Source: an uncultured Oscillibacter sp.
GTDB taxonomy: Bacteria > Bacillota > Clostridia > Oscillospirales > Oscillospiraceae
Assembly (NCBI GenBank): GCA_947365245.1
Contig: CANAWG010000013.1
Coordinates: 2,699 to 66,698 of the forward strand
Length of the DNA stretch: 64,000 bases
Reading direction: 5' to 3'
Positions within the stretch are counted from its first letter, which is position 1, and each line of letters starts with the position of its first letter. The position numbers and the translations under genes are program-made. Positions 45,090-53,638 of the stretch are shown piece by piece. Below the pieces are notes generated by a model. The model was not told where the DNA came from and ran no database searches. It worked only from the letters and a program-made list of their open reading frames with translations.

Positions 45090-46175
45090 ATGGATATTCA
45101 ATTCAAAATGCCTGTTTCCGTTGTGATGCAGGAGAACTGTGTGGAGGAGAACGGAGCTGCGGTCTCCGCCTGCGGCGGCCGTGCGGTTGTCGTTGCGGAC
45201 GCCCACGGGGCGGAGAGCGGCGCGCTGAGAGATGTCACTGCGGTACTGCGTAAAGAGAATATCACGGGTTCCATAGTCACTGTGGATCGCTATATGACGT
45301 CGGCGGAACTGAGTGATTTTGCCCGGAAGAACAGGCGGTTCGGCGCGGAACTGGTGATTTCAGCCGGCGGGGAATTCGCCGTCAACGCGGGAAAGGCGCT
45401 GTCGATGCTGCTGGCCCAGGATGGCCGGGCCGCCGAGTTTGCGCCTGGAGCGCTTTCATCTTTGTCGATTCCCCACATCGTTGTTCCCACGACGGCCAGG
45501 GCGGGAAACGAGGTCACACCTCTGTTGACTTTCCGCGGCGACTCCGGGGAGCTGTGCCTTTTCAGCGATCCCGCCCTTTTCGCCAGACTGGCTCTGCTGG
45601 ACTATCGGTATACGGCGGCAATCCCCTGGGAGGCCGCGGTCCACGGCGCCTTTTCCACAATCGCGTGCGCCATTGAGGCGGTCCTCTCCGCAAAGAGCTC
45701 GAGATTTATCCGCGCGATTGCGTGGGAGAGCCTGTCGAACACCAGCGCGGTACTGCTGGCGTTGGAGGAGGACCTGGTGGACGTCGGAAGCCGGCGGATG
45801 ATGATGTATGACAGTGTGCTGGCGGGGATCGCCATCGGCCAGACCCAGGCCTCCGGCCTGCGGGGCATCAGCCGGCTTCTCACCCGCGACCGGGGGATGC
45901 CCCAGGGAAAAGCGGAGGGTCTGCTTCTGGTGCCGTATCTGCGCTTTATCTGGCGGCAGAAGCCGCATCTGATCGACATGATCCTTCACTCCATGGGATT
46001 TCAGAATTTGGACGATTTCAGCAAAAAGGCCGCGCTCCTTCTCTCCAATAAAGAAGTGTTTTCCGCGGCGGAGATTGAACGATGGGCGGTTGAGGCCGCC
46101 GCGCTGCCCGATGTGGCGAACTGCGTCGCTGTGCTTTCAGAGAGAGACATTGCCCAGATCCTGCGCATGATTTGA
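45090..46175 (+). CDS. Iron-containing alcohol dehydrogenase family protein with degenerate active-site residues
   Basis: Fe-ADH layout (ISAGGEF..AGKAL; VVPTTARAGNEVT). By eye-alignment to FucO, the positions of the D/H/H/H metal ligands read S, C, G and Q. Confidence 0.7.
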   Translation: MDIQFKMPVSVVMQENCVEENGAAVSACGGRAVVVADAHGAESGALRDVTAVLRKENITGSIVTVDRYMTSAELSDFARKNRRFGAELVISAGGEFAVNAGKALSMLLAQDGRAAEFAPGALSSLSIPHIVVPTTARAGNEVTPLLTFRGDSGELCLFSDPALFARLALLDYRYTAAIPWEAAVHGAFSTIACAIEAVLSAKSSRFIRAIAWESLSNTSAVLLALEEDLVDVGSRRMMMYDSVLAGIAIGQTQASGLRGISRLLTRDRGMPQGKAEGLLLVPYLRFIWRQKPHLIDMILHSMGFQNLDDFSKKAALLLSNKEVFSAAEIERWAVEAAALPDVANCVAVLSERDIAQILRMI

Positions 46176-46203
46176 AAATCTGTCAATTGGCCAATACGGC
46201 AAG

Positions 46204-46243
46204 CACCCCTCCGCCCTGTCGGCGGAGGGGCGCTTTTGGTTTT
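46204..46243 (+). terminator. Intrinsic terminator after the Fe-ADH-like gene
   Basis: CCCCTCCGCC-ctgtc-GGCGGAGGGG followed by CGCTTTTGGTTTT. Confidence 0.75.
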
Positions 46244-46258
46244 CGCGGCGGCAGCAGA

Positions 46259-47044
46259 TCAGCGGTAAACGCTGTCCAGAACGTCCCGGATGATGGCGGA
46301 AAACCGCCTCGCATCCCAGGCGCTCCGCCCGATAAAGAGCCCGTCGATGTGATCCATTCCAATCAGTCCAACGGCATTTTCGGAATTGACGCTTCCGCCG
46401 TACAGCAGGGGAACGACCTCGGCGGCTCCTTGGCCGAACAGCTGACAGAGCGTCTCTCTCAGAGCTTTGTGGCGGGCCTCGGCATATTCCCTTGAAGCGG
46501 GCGTGCCGTTTTCACCGATGGCCCAAACCGGCTCATAGGCGACCCAGAGGCGGCTCAGGTACTCCGGAGAGAGGCCGTGCAGGGCGGATTTCAGCTGTAT
46601 CCTGAGCGCGTCGTCCATGCAGCCGGCTTCTTTTTCCTCTGTTGTCTCTCCGACGCACAGCAGCACGGTGAAGCCGTGTCTCGCTGCACATAGAACCTTT
46701 TTCCGGATGGTTTCCAGGTCCTCCCGAAAGATGTGCCGCCGCTCGGAGTGGCCGATTTCCACGATCTCTACGCCCACCTCTCTCAGCATCAGGGGGGAGA
46801 TCTCCCCAGTCAGCGGGCCCTCGTCCAGCCAGGCCATATTCTGCGCGCCCAGTTTTATGATGGAGGGCGGCGCGGCTTTTCGCGCCGCCTCCAAGGCGGT
46901 GTAGGAGGGGATGACGAACAGTTCCAAGTGCTCCCGGCTGAGGCCGGCGGTCAGCTCTGACAGCTCTTTGAGGAAAGAACATGTCTGCGCGATGCTTTTG
47001 TACATTTTTGTGTTTGTGCCCAAATAGACCCGTCGTTTTGTCAA
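46259..47044 (-). CDS. Triosephosphate isomerase family protein (possible tetrulose-phosphate isomerase paralogue)
   Basis: TNTKMY (Asn/Lys), IGHSERR (His), YEPVWAIGENGTPAS (Glu; the loop differs from the canonical GTGKTAT). Confidence 0.8.
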   Translation of the reverse strand: MTKRRVYLGTNTKMYKSIAQTCSFLKELSELTAGLSREHLELFVIPSYTALEAARKAAPPSIIKLGAQNMAWLDEGPLTGEISPLMLREVGVEIVEIGHSERRHIFREDLETIRKKVLCAARHGFTVLLCVGETTEEKEAGCMDDALRIQLKSALHGLSPEYLSRLWVAYEPVWAIGENGTPASREYAEARHKALRETLCQLFGQGAAEVVPLLYGGSVNSENAVGLIGMDHIDGLFIGRSAWDARRFSAIIRDVLDSVYR

Positions 47045-47057
47045 CGGTCTCCCTCCC

Positions 47058-47513
47058 TCATTTCATCGTCTGCCGCTCCAGCTCCGCGATAGCTTGTACC
47101 TTGGGCGTGGAGGGACCGTCTTTGAATTCCAGGCTGACCCACTCGCGCAGAATTTTTTTCGCAAGTTCCGGACCAATGACTCTGGCGCCGAAACAGATCA
47201 CGTTGCCGTCATTGGACAGGATGGAGCGTTCAGCGGAGAAAGCGTCGTGCCCAACGGCGGCCCGAATTCCGGGAAACTTGTTGGCGCAGATACACATTCC
47301 CACGCCGGTCCCGCAGACCAGGAGCCCGCGTTTAACGTATCCGCTGTCGATGATATGCCTGCAGACCCGCTCCGCGATCTTTGGGTAGGGTGTGGGGTCC
47401 TGGCTGTCTGTGCAGCCCGCATCTTCCACCGTGACGCCGCTCTCCCGCAAACTGGCGACCAGCGTGTTTTTCAGGTCTACCGCTGCGTTGTCGCAGCCGG
47501 CCACAATTGTCAT
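47058..47513 (-). CDS. RpiB/LacA/LacB family sugar-phosphate isomerase
   Basis: 151 aa. LVCGTGVGMCICANK and ERSILSNDGNVICFGARV motifs. Confidence 0.88.
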   Translation of the reverse strand: MTIVAGCDNAAVDLKNTLVASLRESGVTVEDAGCTDSQDPTPYPKIAERVCRHIIDSGYVKRGLLVCGTGVGMCICANKFPGIRAAVGHDAFSAERSILSNDGNVICFGARVIGPELAKKILREWVSLEFKDGPSTPKVQAIAELERQTMK

Positions 47514-47554
47514 GTGATATCCTCCTCGGTGACCGCATCTGTGCGGCGGCGGCT

Positions 47555-48547
47555 CTATTTCTTGTAGTACGGGGAGTTGCAGGGCATATCGTAGTATTTT
47601 TGCAGCTCATCGTCCAGCTTCATCAGCGTAATGGACGCTCCCGCCATCTCCATGGAGGTAATCAGGGTGCCGACCTCCATGCGGTGGACATGAATCCCCT
47701 TTTCCCTCAGAAGCTGGCTGAGGCGGCGATTCATGATGTACAGCTCCGTCAGAGGGGTCGCGCCCAGGCCGTTGACCAGGGAGCAGACGGTGTCGCCCGA
47801 CTGGATTCCGGAGTCCTCCAGGATCCTGTCTGTCAGGTTCTCGACAATCTGGTCCGCCGGCATCAGTTTTGTGCGCCTGATGCCGGCCTCTCCATGGATG
47901 CCGACGCCGTATTCCATCTCATCGTCCGCCAGGTCAAAAATCGGATGCTTTTCGCCGGGGATGGCGGAGCTGGAGAGGGCGATGCCCATACTGTACACAT
48001 GATCTCTCGCCTTGGCCGTGACCCGATATGCCTCCTCCAAACTGAGGCCGGAGGCGGTGGCGGCTCCCGCGATCTTGATGACAAACACATTGCCCGCAAT
48101 GCCACGGCGGTCTGTGTACCGCTCCTTTGGCGCCGAGGCGACATCGTCGCAGACACGCACGGTCTTTGTCTCAATGCCCATCTCGTCCAGCATCTCCGCC
48201 GCTATATCGAAGTTCATATTGTCTCCGGCATAGTTTCCATAGACAAAGAGAACACCTTTTCCCCGTTCGACCGATGCGGCGACTTTGAGAATTGTACCGG
48301 GGTCCGGAGATGTGAACACGTTTCCCGCGGCGGCGGCGTCCGCCAGATTTTCACCGATGAAGTAGCCAAAGATCGGCTCGTGCCCGCTGCCGCCGCCAAC
48401 GACGACGGCTGTCTTTTCCTTTACGTCTATGACCCGGAGGCCGGAGACGTCCTCCACCTGTGTGTACCGGTCTCCGTGTGCCGCCAGAAATCCTGCCGTG
48501 GCCTCATGGACGAAATCCTCCGGGCGGTTCATGATTTTTTTGGGCAT
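47555..48547 (-). CDS. dhaK: Dihydroxyacetone-kinase family, substrate-binding subunit DhaK
   Basis: GGGSGHEP and GVGIHGEAG motifs; 330 aa. Confidence 0.9.
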   Translation of the reverse strand: MPKKIMNRPEDFVHEATAGFLAAHGDRYTQVEDVSGLRVIDVKEKTAVVVGGGSGHEPIFGYFIGENLADAAAAGNVFTSPDPGTILKVAASVERGKGVLFVYGNYAGDNMNFDIAAEMLDEMGIETKTVRVCDDVASAPKERYTDRRGIAGNVFVIKIAGAATASGLSLEEAYRVTAKARDHVYSMGIALSSSAIPGEKHPIFDLADDEMEYGVGIHGEAGIRRTKLMPADQIVENLTDRILEDSGIQSGDTVCSLVNGLGATPLTELYIMNRRLSQLLREKGIHVHRMEVGTLITSMEMAGASITLMKLDDELQKYYDMPCNSPYYKK

Positions 48548-48562
48548 AATCCACCTGCCTTG

Positions 48563-49198
48563 TCACAGTGATTTTACATATTCTTCCATAGAGCGGAAAA
48601 TGATCCACGCGGAAGTGGCGCCGGCGTCCTGGTGGCCAAGCTCCCGGCCCATCAGCGATTTGGCCCGCCCGAATTTCGCTTGGAGATCCCGCGTGGACTC
48701 CATGCCGGCTTTGGCGGCCGCCGCGGCCAGCGCAAGCATCTCCGCCAGATCAGACCCCTCATAGGAGCACATGGCCTCTGCGGCGGGCTGCATCGCGTCC
48801 ACCATGGTCTTGTCTCCCGGCTGCGCCTGACCGCGCTCTTTGATCTTTGTCAGGCTGTCCCGCATCAGTTCCGCAAGATGCGGGCAGTCCAGAGTCTCTC
48901 GGGCCGGCTTGCCCTTGGCGCCGCCGGAGAACATGGTGCCGAAGATCACGCCGGAGGCGCCGCCCATGCTCATCAGCATAGTCCGGCCCATCTCGAAAAA
49001 CAGAGAATAGGCGTCTGTGCCCGCCTCCATATCAAGGAGCTTCTCGCGGGCTTTCTTCATTCCCCGCTCCATGCCGATCCCATGGTCACCGTCGCCGATC
49101 TGGCTGTCGATCTCGGTTAGGAGATCCTTGCTTTTAATCACCTGGTCCGCCACGTAGAGCAGCATTTCCCTTACCTGCCGGCAGTTCAACTCTTTCAT
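48563..49198 (-). CDS. dhaL: Dihydroxyacetone-kinase family, nucleotide-binding subunit DhaL
   Basis: Dak2 motif IGDGDHG and GGASG. Start placed at MKELNC (49198). Confidence 0.88.
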   Translation of the reverse strand: MKELNCRQVREMLLYVADQVIKSKDLLTEIDSQIGDGDHGIGMERGMKKAREKLLDMEAGTDAYSLFFEMGRTMLMSMGGASGVIFGTMFSGGAKGKPARETLDCPHLAELMRDSLTKIKERGQAQPGDKTMVDAMQPAAEAMCSYEGSDLAEMLALAAAAAKAGMESTRDLQAKFGRAKSLMGRELGHQDAGATSAWIIFRSMEEYVKSL

Positions 49199-49209
49199 GG
49201 CGCGGCCTC

Positions 49210-50079
49210 TCAAAACATCCCGGGAGGATTCCAATCCTTGATGCCAAGGAAGTTGTTGCACTCCTCGGGCAGATAGAGATCGTCGAAGAAGGTCTTGGCG
49301 TCGCCGGTCTCCTTAAACTGGACCATCAGGTCCCGGGCGGCTTTCCACCAGCGCATCCACAGTCCGTTGGGCCAGATCACGATCCGTACGCCGGCGCTGC
49401 GCAGTTCGTCCAGGGTGAAGCAGAGGTCGCGGCGGAACTCCATCAGGCAGTACATCACAGGCACTTTTGTCTCGGCACAGACGCGTTTGACCTCGTCCAG
49501 GTTCTGCAGGACGTGCCCGTAGAAGATCATATCGGCGCCGTGGTCGGCCATGGCGTTGCCGCGGCGGATCGCCTCGTCCAGCCCCAGGCAGGAGCCCGCG
49601 TCTGTGCGGCCGATGATCATGAAGTTGGGATCTCTTCGGTACTTAATCAGCATGTCCAGCTTGCGCAGGTATTCCTCCAGGGGAACAACCTGAACGCCGT
49701 GCATACCGCCGCAGCGCTTTGGAGTCACCTGGTCCTCAAAGTGGGCGCCGTAGATGCCGGCGTCCTCCAGATCGTGGAGAGTCCGGCGGGCGTTCAGCTC
49801 ATTGCCGTATCCCGTATCGGCGTCCATCAGGAAGGGCAGATCGATGCAGGAGGCCATGTCGTGGGCGTGCTTGACCTGCTCGGTGGCGGTGACGAGGCCA
49901 ATATCCGGCACACCCAGCATACTGGAGGCGGCGGCCTGTCCGCCCATGTAGGCGCCGTCGAAGCCGACCTCCTGAACAAGGCGGGCGGTGATTCCGTCAA
50001 AGGCGCCCACCAGGGTCAGCATCTCGCTGCCCTCGAGGGCTTTTTTCTTGAAAGAAGCTCTTTTTTCGTTGATGGTCAT
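49210..50079 (-). CDS. Isocitrate lyase/PEP mutase superfamily enzyme (methylisocitrate-lyase-like), substrate unknown
   Basis: DADTGYG metal motif, FEDQ, and active-site loop PKRCGGMHG (canonical form is K-[KR]-C-G-H). ATG at 50079 follows GGAGAA. Confidence 0.75.
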   Translation of the reverse strand: MTINEKRASFKKKALEGSEMLTLVGAFDGITARLVQEVGFDGAYMGGQAAASSMLGVPDIGLVTATEQVKHAHDMASCIDLPFLMDADTGYGNELNARRTLHDLEDAGIYGAHFEDQVTPKRCGGMHGVQVVPLEEYLRKLDMLIKYRRDPNFMIIGRTDAGSCLGLDEAIRRGNAMADHGADMIFYGHVLQNLDEVKRVCAETKVPVMYCLMEFRRDLCFTLDELRSAGVRIVIWPNGLWMRWWKAARDLMVQFKETGDAKTFFDDLYLPEECNNFLGIKDWNPPGMF

Positions 50080-50104
50080 GGTGTTTTCTCCTTTACATTT
50101 TATA

Positions 50105-51421
50105 TCAGCCAAACAGGTTTACAAAGAACATCAGGTAAGCGGGACAGGCCGTGGTGATAATGATGGCGATTAGGCCCACGATAATAAACGGCCAGATCTC
50201 CTTGACCGTCGCCCCGAAAGTGGCGCCTGTGATCTTGGTGGAGACAAAGATGCCGGCCGCAAAGGGAGGCGTCATGAATCCGACGCACAGATTGACCAGC
50301 GTGATTGCGCCGAAATGGATCGGGGTGATCCCATAGCTCTGGGCGATGGGCAGCAGCAGGGGCGTCATGATCAGAATCGTGGCGTTGATGTCCATGAAAG
50401 TGCCCATGAACAAAAAGAGGATGTTGACCAGAAGCAGGAATCCAAATTTTGAGGAGATGTTGTTGATGACGAGATTCGACAGGAAAGAGGAGACTCCCGC
50501 CAGAGTCAGCGCCTTGCCGGCGACGCCGGCATAGGCGTTCAAAAGACCGATGGCGGCGGTGGAGGCTCCGGAGATGGCGGCCACTTTCCAGAAAGTGGCG
50601 GACATCTTTTTCTTCAGGAAGACCCGCGCGACGAACCAGTAGACAATGCCGTATACCGCGCTGAGCGCGCCGGCCTCCGTGGGCGTGCAGATACCGCCGT
50701 AGATGCAGCCGTAGATGATGATGGGCATCAGCAGGGCGGGGATGGCGTTCACAGTGCTCCGGCCCAGGTTTGTGAGATACTCTCCGCCGCTCTGCTTGGG
50801 GGGAAGAGAGGCGGGGTCCTCCCGGCGGCCGATCCGGATATAGTTCCAGACAATGTAACCGACGCCGAAGATGATGGCCGGGCCGATGGTGACCATCCAG
50901 ACGTCCGAGATTTTCTGCCCCGCGGACAGAGCGTACATGATTCCGGGGACGCTGGGGGGAATTAGAATCCCAAGGAAGCTGGTGGCCGCCAGCATGGCGC
51001 TGGTGTACTCCGGCGGATAATGGTTTTTCTCCATCTCGGGGGCCATGATCTTGCCAATGGCGCTGATGGTGGCCATGGCGGAGCCGGTCAGCACGCCGAA
51101 AGCCATGGAGGCCAGGGTGCAGATGATGCCCAGAGATCCGCGGACGCGGCCGATGATTCCCCTGATCCAATCGATCAGCGCCTTGGAGATTCCGCTGTGC
51201 TCCATGAGAGTTCCGGCGTAGATGAAAAAGGGGATTGCCAGGAACGTGAAGCTGTCCAGAGAGTTGAAAGCGGCCTGTCCCACTGTGACGGTGTTGAGAT
51301 TGCAGCAGATAAAGACCAGCAGCGACGCGCCGCCCAAACCATGGGCCACGGGCATCCGGCAGACCATGGAGAGGATGAAGAACGAGCCTATGAATACGAA
51401 TAAAGCGACTCCTGCACTCAT
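50105..51421 (-). CDS. TRAP transporter large permease (DctM family)
   Basis: 438-aa polytopic protein with typical DctM composition; follows a DctQ-like gene. Confidence 0.88.
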   Translation of the reverse strand: MSAGVALFVFIGSFFILSMVCRMPVAHGLGGASLLVFICCNLNTVTVGQAAFNSLDSFTFLAIPFFIYAGTLMEHSGISKALIDWIRGIIGRVRGSLGIICTLASMAFGVLTGSAMATISAIGKIMAPEMEKNHYPPEYTSAMLAATSFLGILIPPSVPGIMYALSAGQKISDVWMVTIGPAIIFGVGYIVWNYIRIGRREDPASLPPKQSGGEYLTNLGRSTVNAIPALLMPIIIYGCIYGGICTPTEAGALSAVYGIVYWFVARVFLKKKMSATFWKVAAISGASTAAIGLLNAYAGVAGKALTLAGVSSFLSNLVINNISSKFGFLLLVNILFLFMGTFMDINATILIMTPLLLPIAQSYGITPIHFGAITLVNLCVGFMTPPFAAGIFVSTKITGATFGATVKEIWPFIIVGLIAIIITTACPAYLMFFVNLFG

Positions 51422-51449
51422 AAAAAATTCTCCTTACTGAAAACTTGCC

Positions 51450-51986
51450 TCATGCGGCATCTGCCTGGAACAAATCGCAAAGCACCAGATAGATCAGATG
51501 CACAATGGACAGGACGCCGCCCAGATAGACTGTGAAATAGATCCAGAACATGGGCAGATGCATGGTGGGCGAGAGCAGATTCAGCTTCCTGATCTGTGCC
51601 ATGTATCCCCAGAAGATGGAGTTGAACACAACCAGGAAGATGATGGTCGTGATATTGGCGACCACGTCCACCATCCTCTTGGCGCGGGCTGTGTCCTTGA
51701 TGGCGGGGATCTTCTCCAGGACCTGATTGATAATATCGATCTCGATGTGATCGTGATGCCCGCAGGCGTAGGCCGCGCCGATGAACGTCAGGATGATAAA
51801 GAGATAACGGGCCAGCTCCTCAGACCAGGCGGTGGGTGTAAAGAGGATATACCGGCAGAGGACCTCAATAAAGATCACAGCGCACAGGCCGACGGTGATA
51901 ATCACGAGAAGAATTTCTTCCAGAGTCAGAATAAAACCGTTGATCTTCTTCAGAAAGTCAAAAAAGCCATTGTTTTTGTCGTTCAT
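51450..51986 (-). CDS. TRAP transporter small permease (DctQ family)
   Basis: 178 aa with four TM helices; positioned between the binding protein and DctM. Confidence 0.8.
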   Translation of the reverse strand: MNDKNNGFFDFLKKINGFILTLEEILLVIITVGLCAVIFIEVLCRYILFTPTAWSEELARYLFIILTFIGAAYACGHHDHIEIDIINQVLEKIPAIKDTARAKRMVDVVANITTIIFLVVFNSIFWGYMAQIRKLNLLSPTMHLPMFWIYFTVYLGGVLSIVHLIYLVLCDLFQADAA

Positions 51987-52102
51987 GGATTCCCTCCATC
52001 ACAAATCAATTGCTCATTTGAAAGACACGCAGAGGGGGAATGCCCCTCTGCGTATCTTTGCAAATCAGGCGCAAATCTCCATATAGAGCAGTGCTTCTTT
52101 TT

Positions 52103-53173
52103 TTAGGACAGCGTCTTGTACTCTCCGCTCAGGAGGATGTCGATGATCTCGTCGCCGTAGAGCTCCCGGGACTCGTCCCAAATGCCGCGGTAGATCTCCT
52201 CCAGAGCGGCCTGCATTTCCGCGGAGGGCTGGGTCACTTCCCACTGGCCGTTGTCGATGCCCTCCTGGATGATCCGCTCGGTCTCGGCGTAGAAATCGTC
52301 CGTAAACTTGGCGCCGACCTCGTCACCCACCTGCTCAAAGATGGCCTTGTCCTCGTCGCTCAGGGTATCCCAGAAAGGCGTGCCGGCGATGAAGCTGCCG
52401 CCGGAGTAGCAGTAGTTCAGCTCGCAGATATACTTCACAACGTCGGTGACGCCCTGGTTGATATAGTTGTAGATAGAGTTGTCCAGACCGTCCACAGTGC
52501 CGGTCTGAATGGCGGACAGCACCTCGGAGCCGGCGATCATGACCGGCAGGGCGCCGCAGTCCTCATAGAAGGACACGATGGAGGTGACGGACGGCGTGCG
52601 GATCTTCAGGCCGGCCAGGTCGCTCATCTCGGTGATGGGGCGGGTGACATTGCCTACCTGGCGGAAGCCGTTGGTGAAAGAGCCAAAGCGCACCAGGCCG
52701 GCGTCCAGCATGATCTCCCCGCACTTGTCGGCGATCCAGCCGTGGTCATAATACTGCGTTGCCTCCTCGCGGTCCGCCACCAGGCCGGGAAGCCAGGCAA
52801 AACCCAGGGCGCCGTTCAGGTTGGCGTCGACAGACATATCGTCGCTCAGCATGATGCTGAGCGTTCCCAGCTGCAGCATCTGGCACATGTCGTTGCAGTT
52901 GCCCAGGGAGTTGGCAGCCAGAACCTCACCTTTCAGACGGCCATTAGAGGCCTCATACACCTCGTCGACCAGAGCCTGGCAGTATTGAACGCGATTTTGC
53001 GCATCCGTGGAGATCGTATAGGCGATGACTTCATCTGTGGCGGCGGGGGCTGCCGGATCGTTGGCCGAGCCGCCGTCAGAGGGTGTGCTGGGCGCGTTGG
53101 TTCCGCCGCAGGCCGCCAGGCTCAGCACCATGAGCAGCGTTAAGAGCAGTGCAAAAAACTTACGACTTTTCAT
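52103..53173 (-). CDS. TRAP transporter solute-binding lipoprotein (DctP family)
   Basis: Lipobox LSLAACGG; 356 aa; first gene of the TRAP operon. Confidence 0.8.
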   Translation of the reverse strand: MKSRKFFALLLTLLMVLSLAACGGTNAPSTPSDGGSANDPAAPAATDEVIAYTISTDAQNRVQYCQALVDEVYEASNGRLKGEVLAANSLGNCNDMCQMLQLGTLSIMLSDDMSVDANLNGALGFAWLPGLVADREEATQYYDHGWIADKCGEIMLDAGLVRFGSFTNGFRQVGNVTRPITEMSDLAGLKIRTPSVTSIVSFYEDCGALPVMIAGSEVLSAIQTGTVDGLDNSIYNYINQGVTDVVKYICELNYCYSGGSFIAGTPFWDTLSDEDKAIFEQVGDEVGAKFTDDFYAETERIIQEGIDNGQWEVTQPSAEMQAALEEIYRGIWDESRELYGDEIIDILLSGEYKTLS

Positions 53174-53441
53174 GTTCTTTTCTCCTTACTGTTGCTTGTT
53201 TTACAAGCATTTTTATTTACATTTATAATTTAAAATTACAAATGTAAACTTATGTTAGCACAAGCGATTGCACATTGCAAGACCACTTGTCTATATTCTC
53301 TTAAATTAACAAAAATAAATAGGCTTATTGTGTGCAAATGTACAATTACTATCCAGGTTAAAAAATGATTATTTTGGAAACTGCCGACTTTGCGGCCTGT
53401 ATTTGAAAAAAATAGATATTTGTCACAGTCCATAAAAAATA

Positions 53442-53469
53442 TTGACAAACTTCGATTCTTATGTATAAT
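53442..53469 (+). promoter_or_regulatory. Sigma-A type promoter of the FGGY-FGGY-rpe operon
   Basis: TTGACA (53442-53447), 16-nt spacer, TATAAT (53464-53469). Confidence 0.6.
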
Positions 53470-53480
53470 TGGTCATAATT

Positions 53481-53500
53481 AAATTATCAATTGATAATTT
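53481..53500. promoter_or_regulatory. Perfect 20-bp palindromic operator candidate
   Basis: AAATTATCAA|TTGATAATTT, starting 12 nt after the -10 hexamer. Confidence 0.6.
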
Positions 53501-53638
53501 ACTATACATAAGCACAATTGCACGCTCTAAAAGAGAAAGACTGTGCGCGTGGACGGGAGGCATAAGCCGAAACACCGGAATTGGGATCGGGAAAGGCGCT
53601 GTAACAATCGTTAAAAATATTAGAGAGGTGAATTGTCT

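Noticed and set aside
53236-53448. 70-aa minus-strand ORF inside the AT-rich divergent control region.
   Set aside because: It has no RBS and a hydrophobic, AT-biased composition typical of chance ORFs in AT-rich spacers, and it overlaps promoter and operator motifs.
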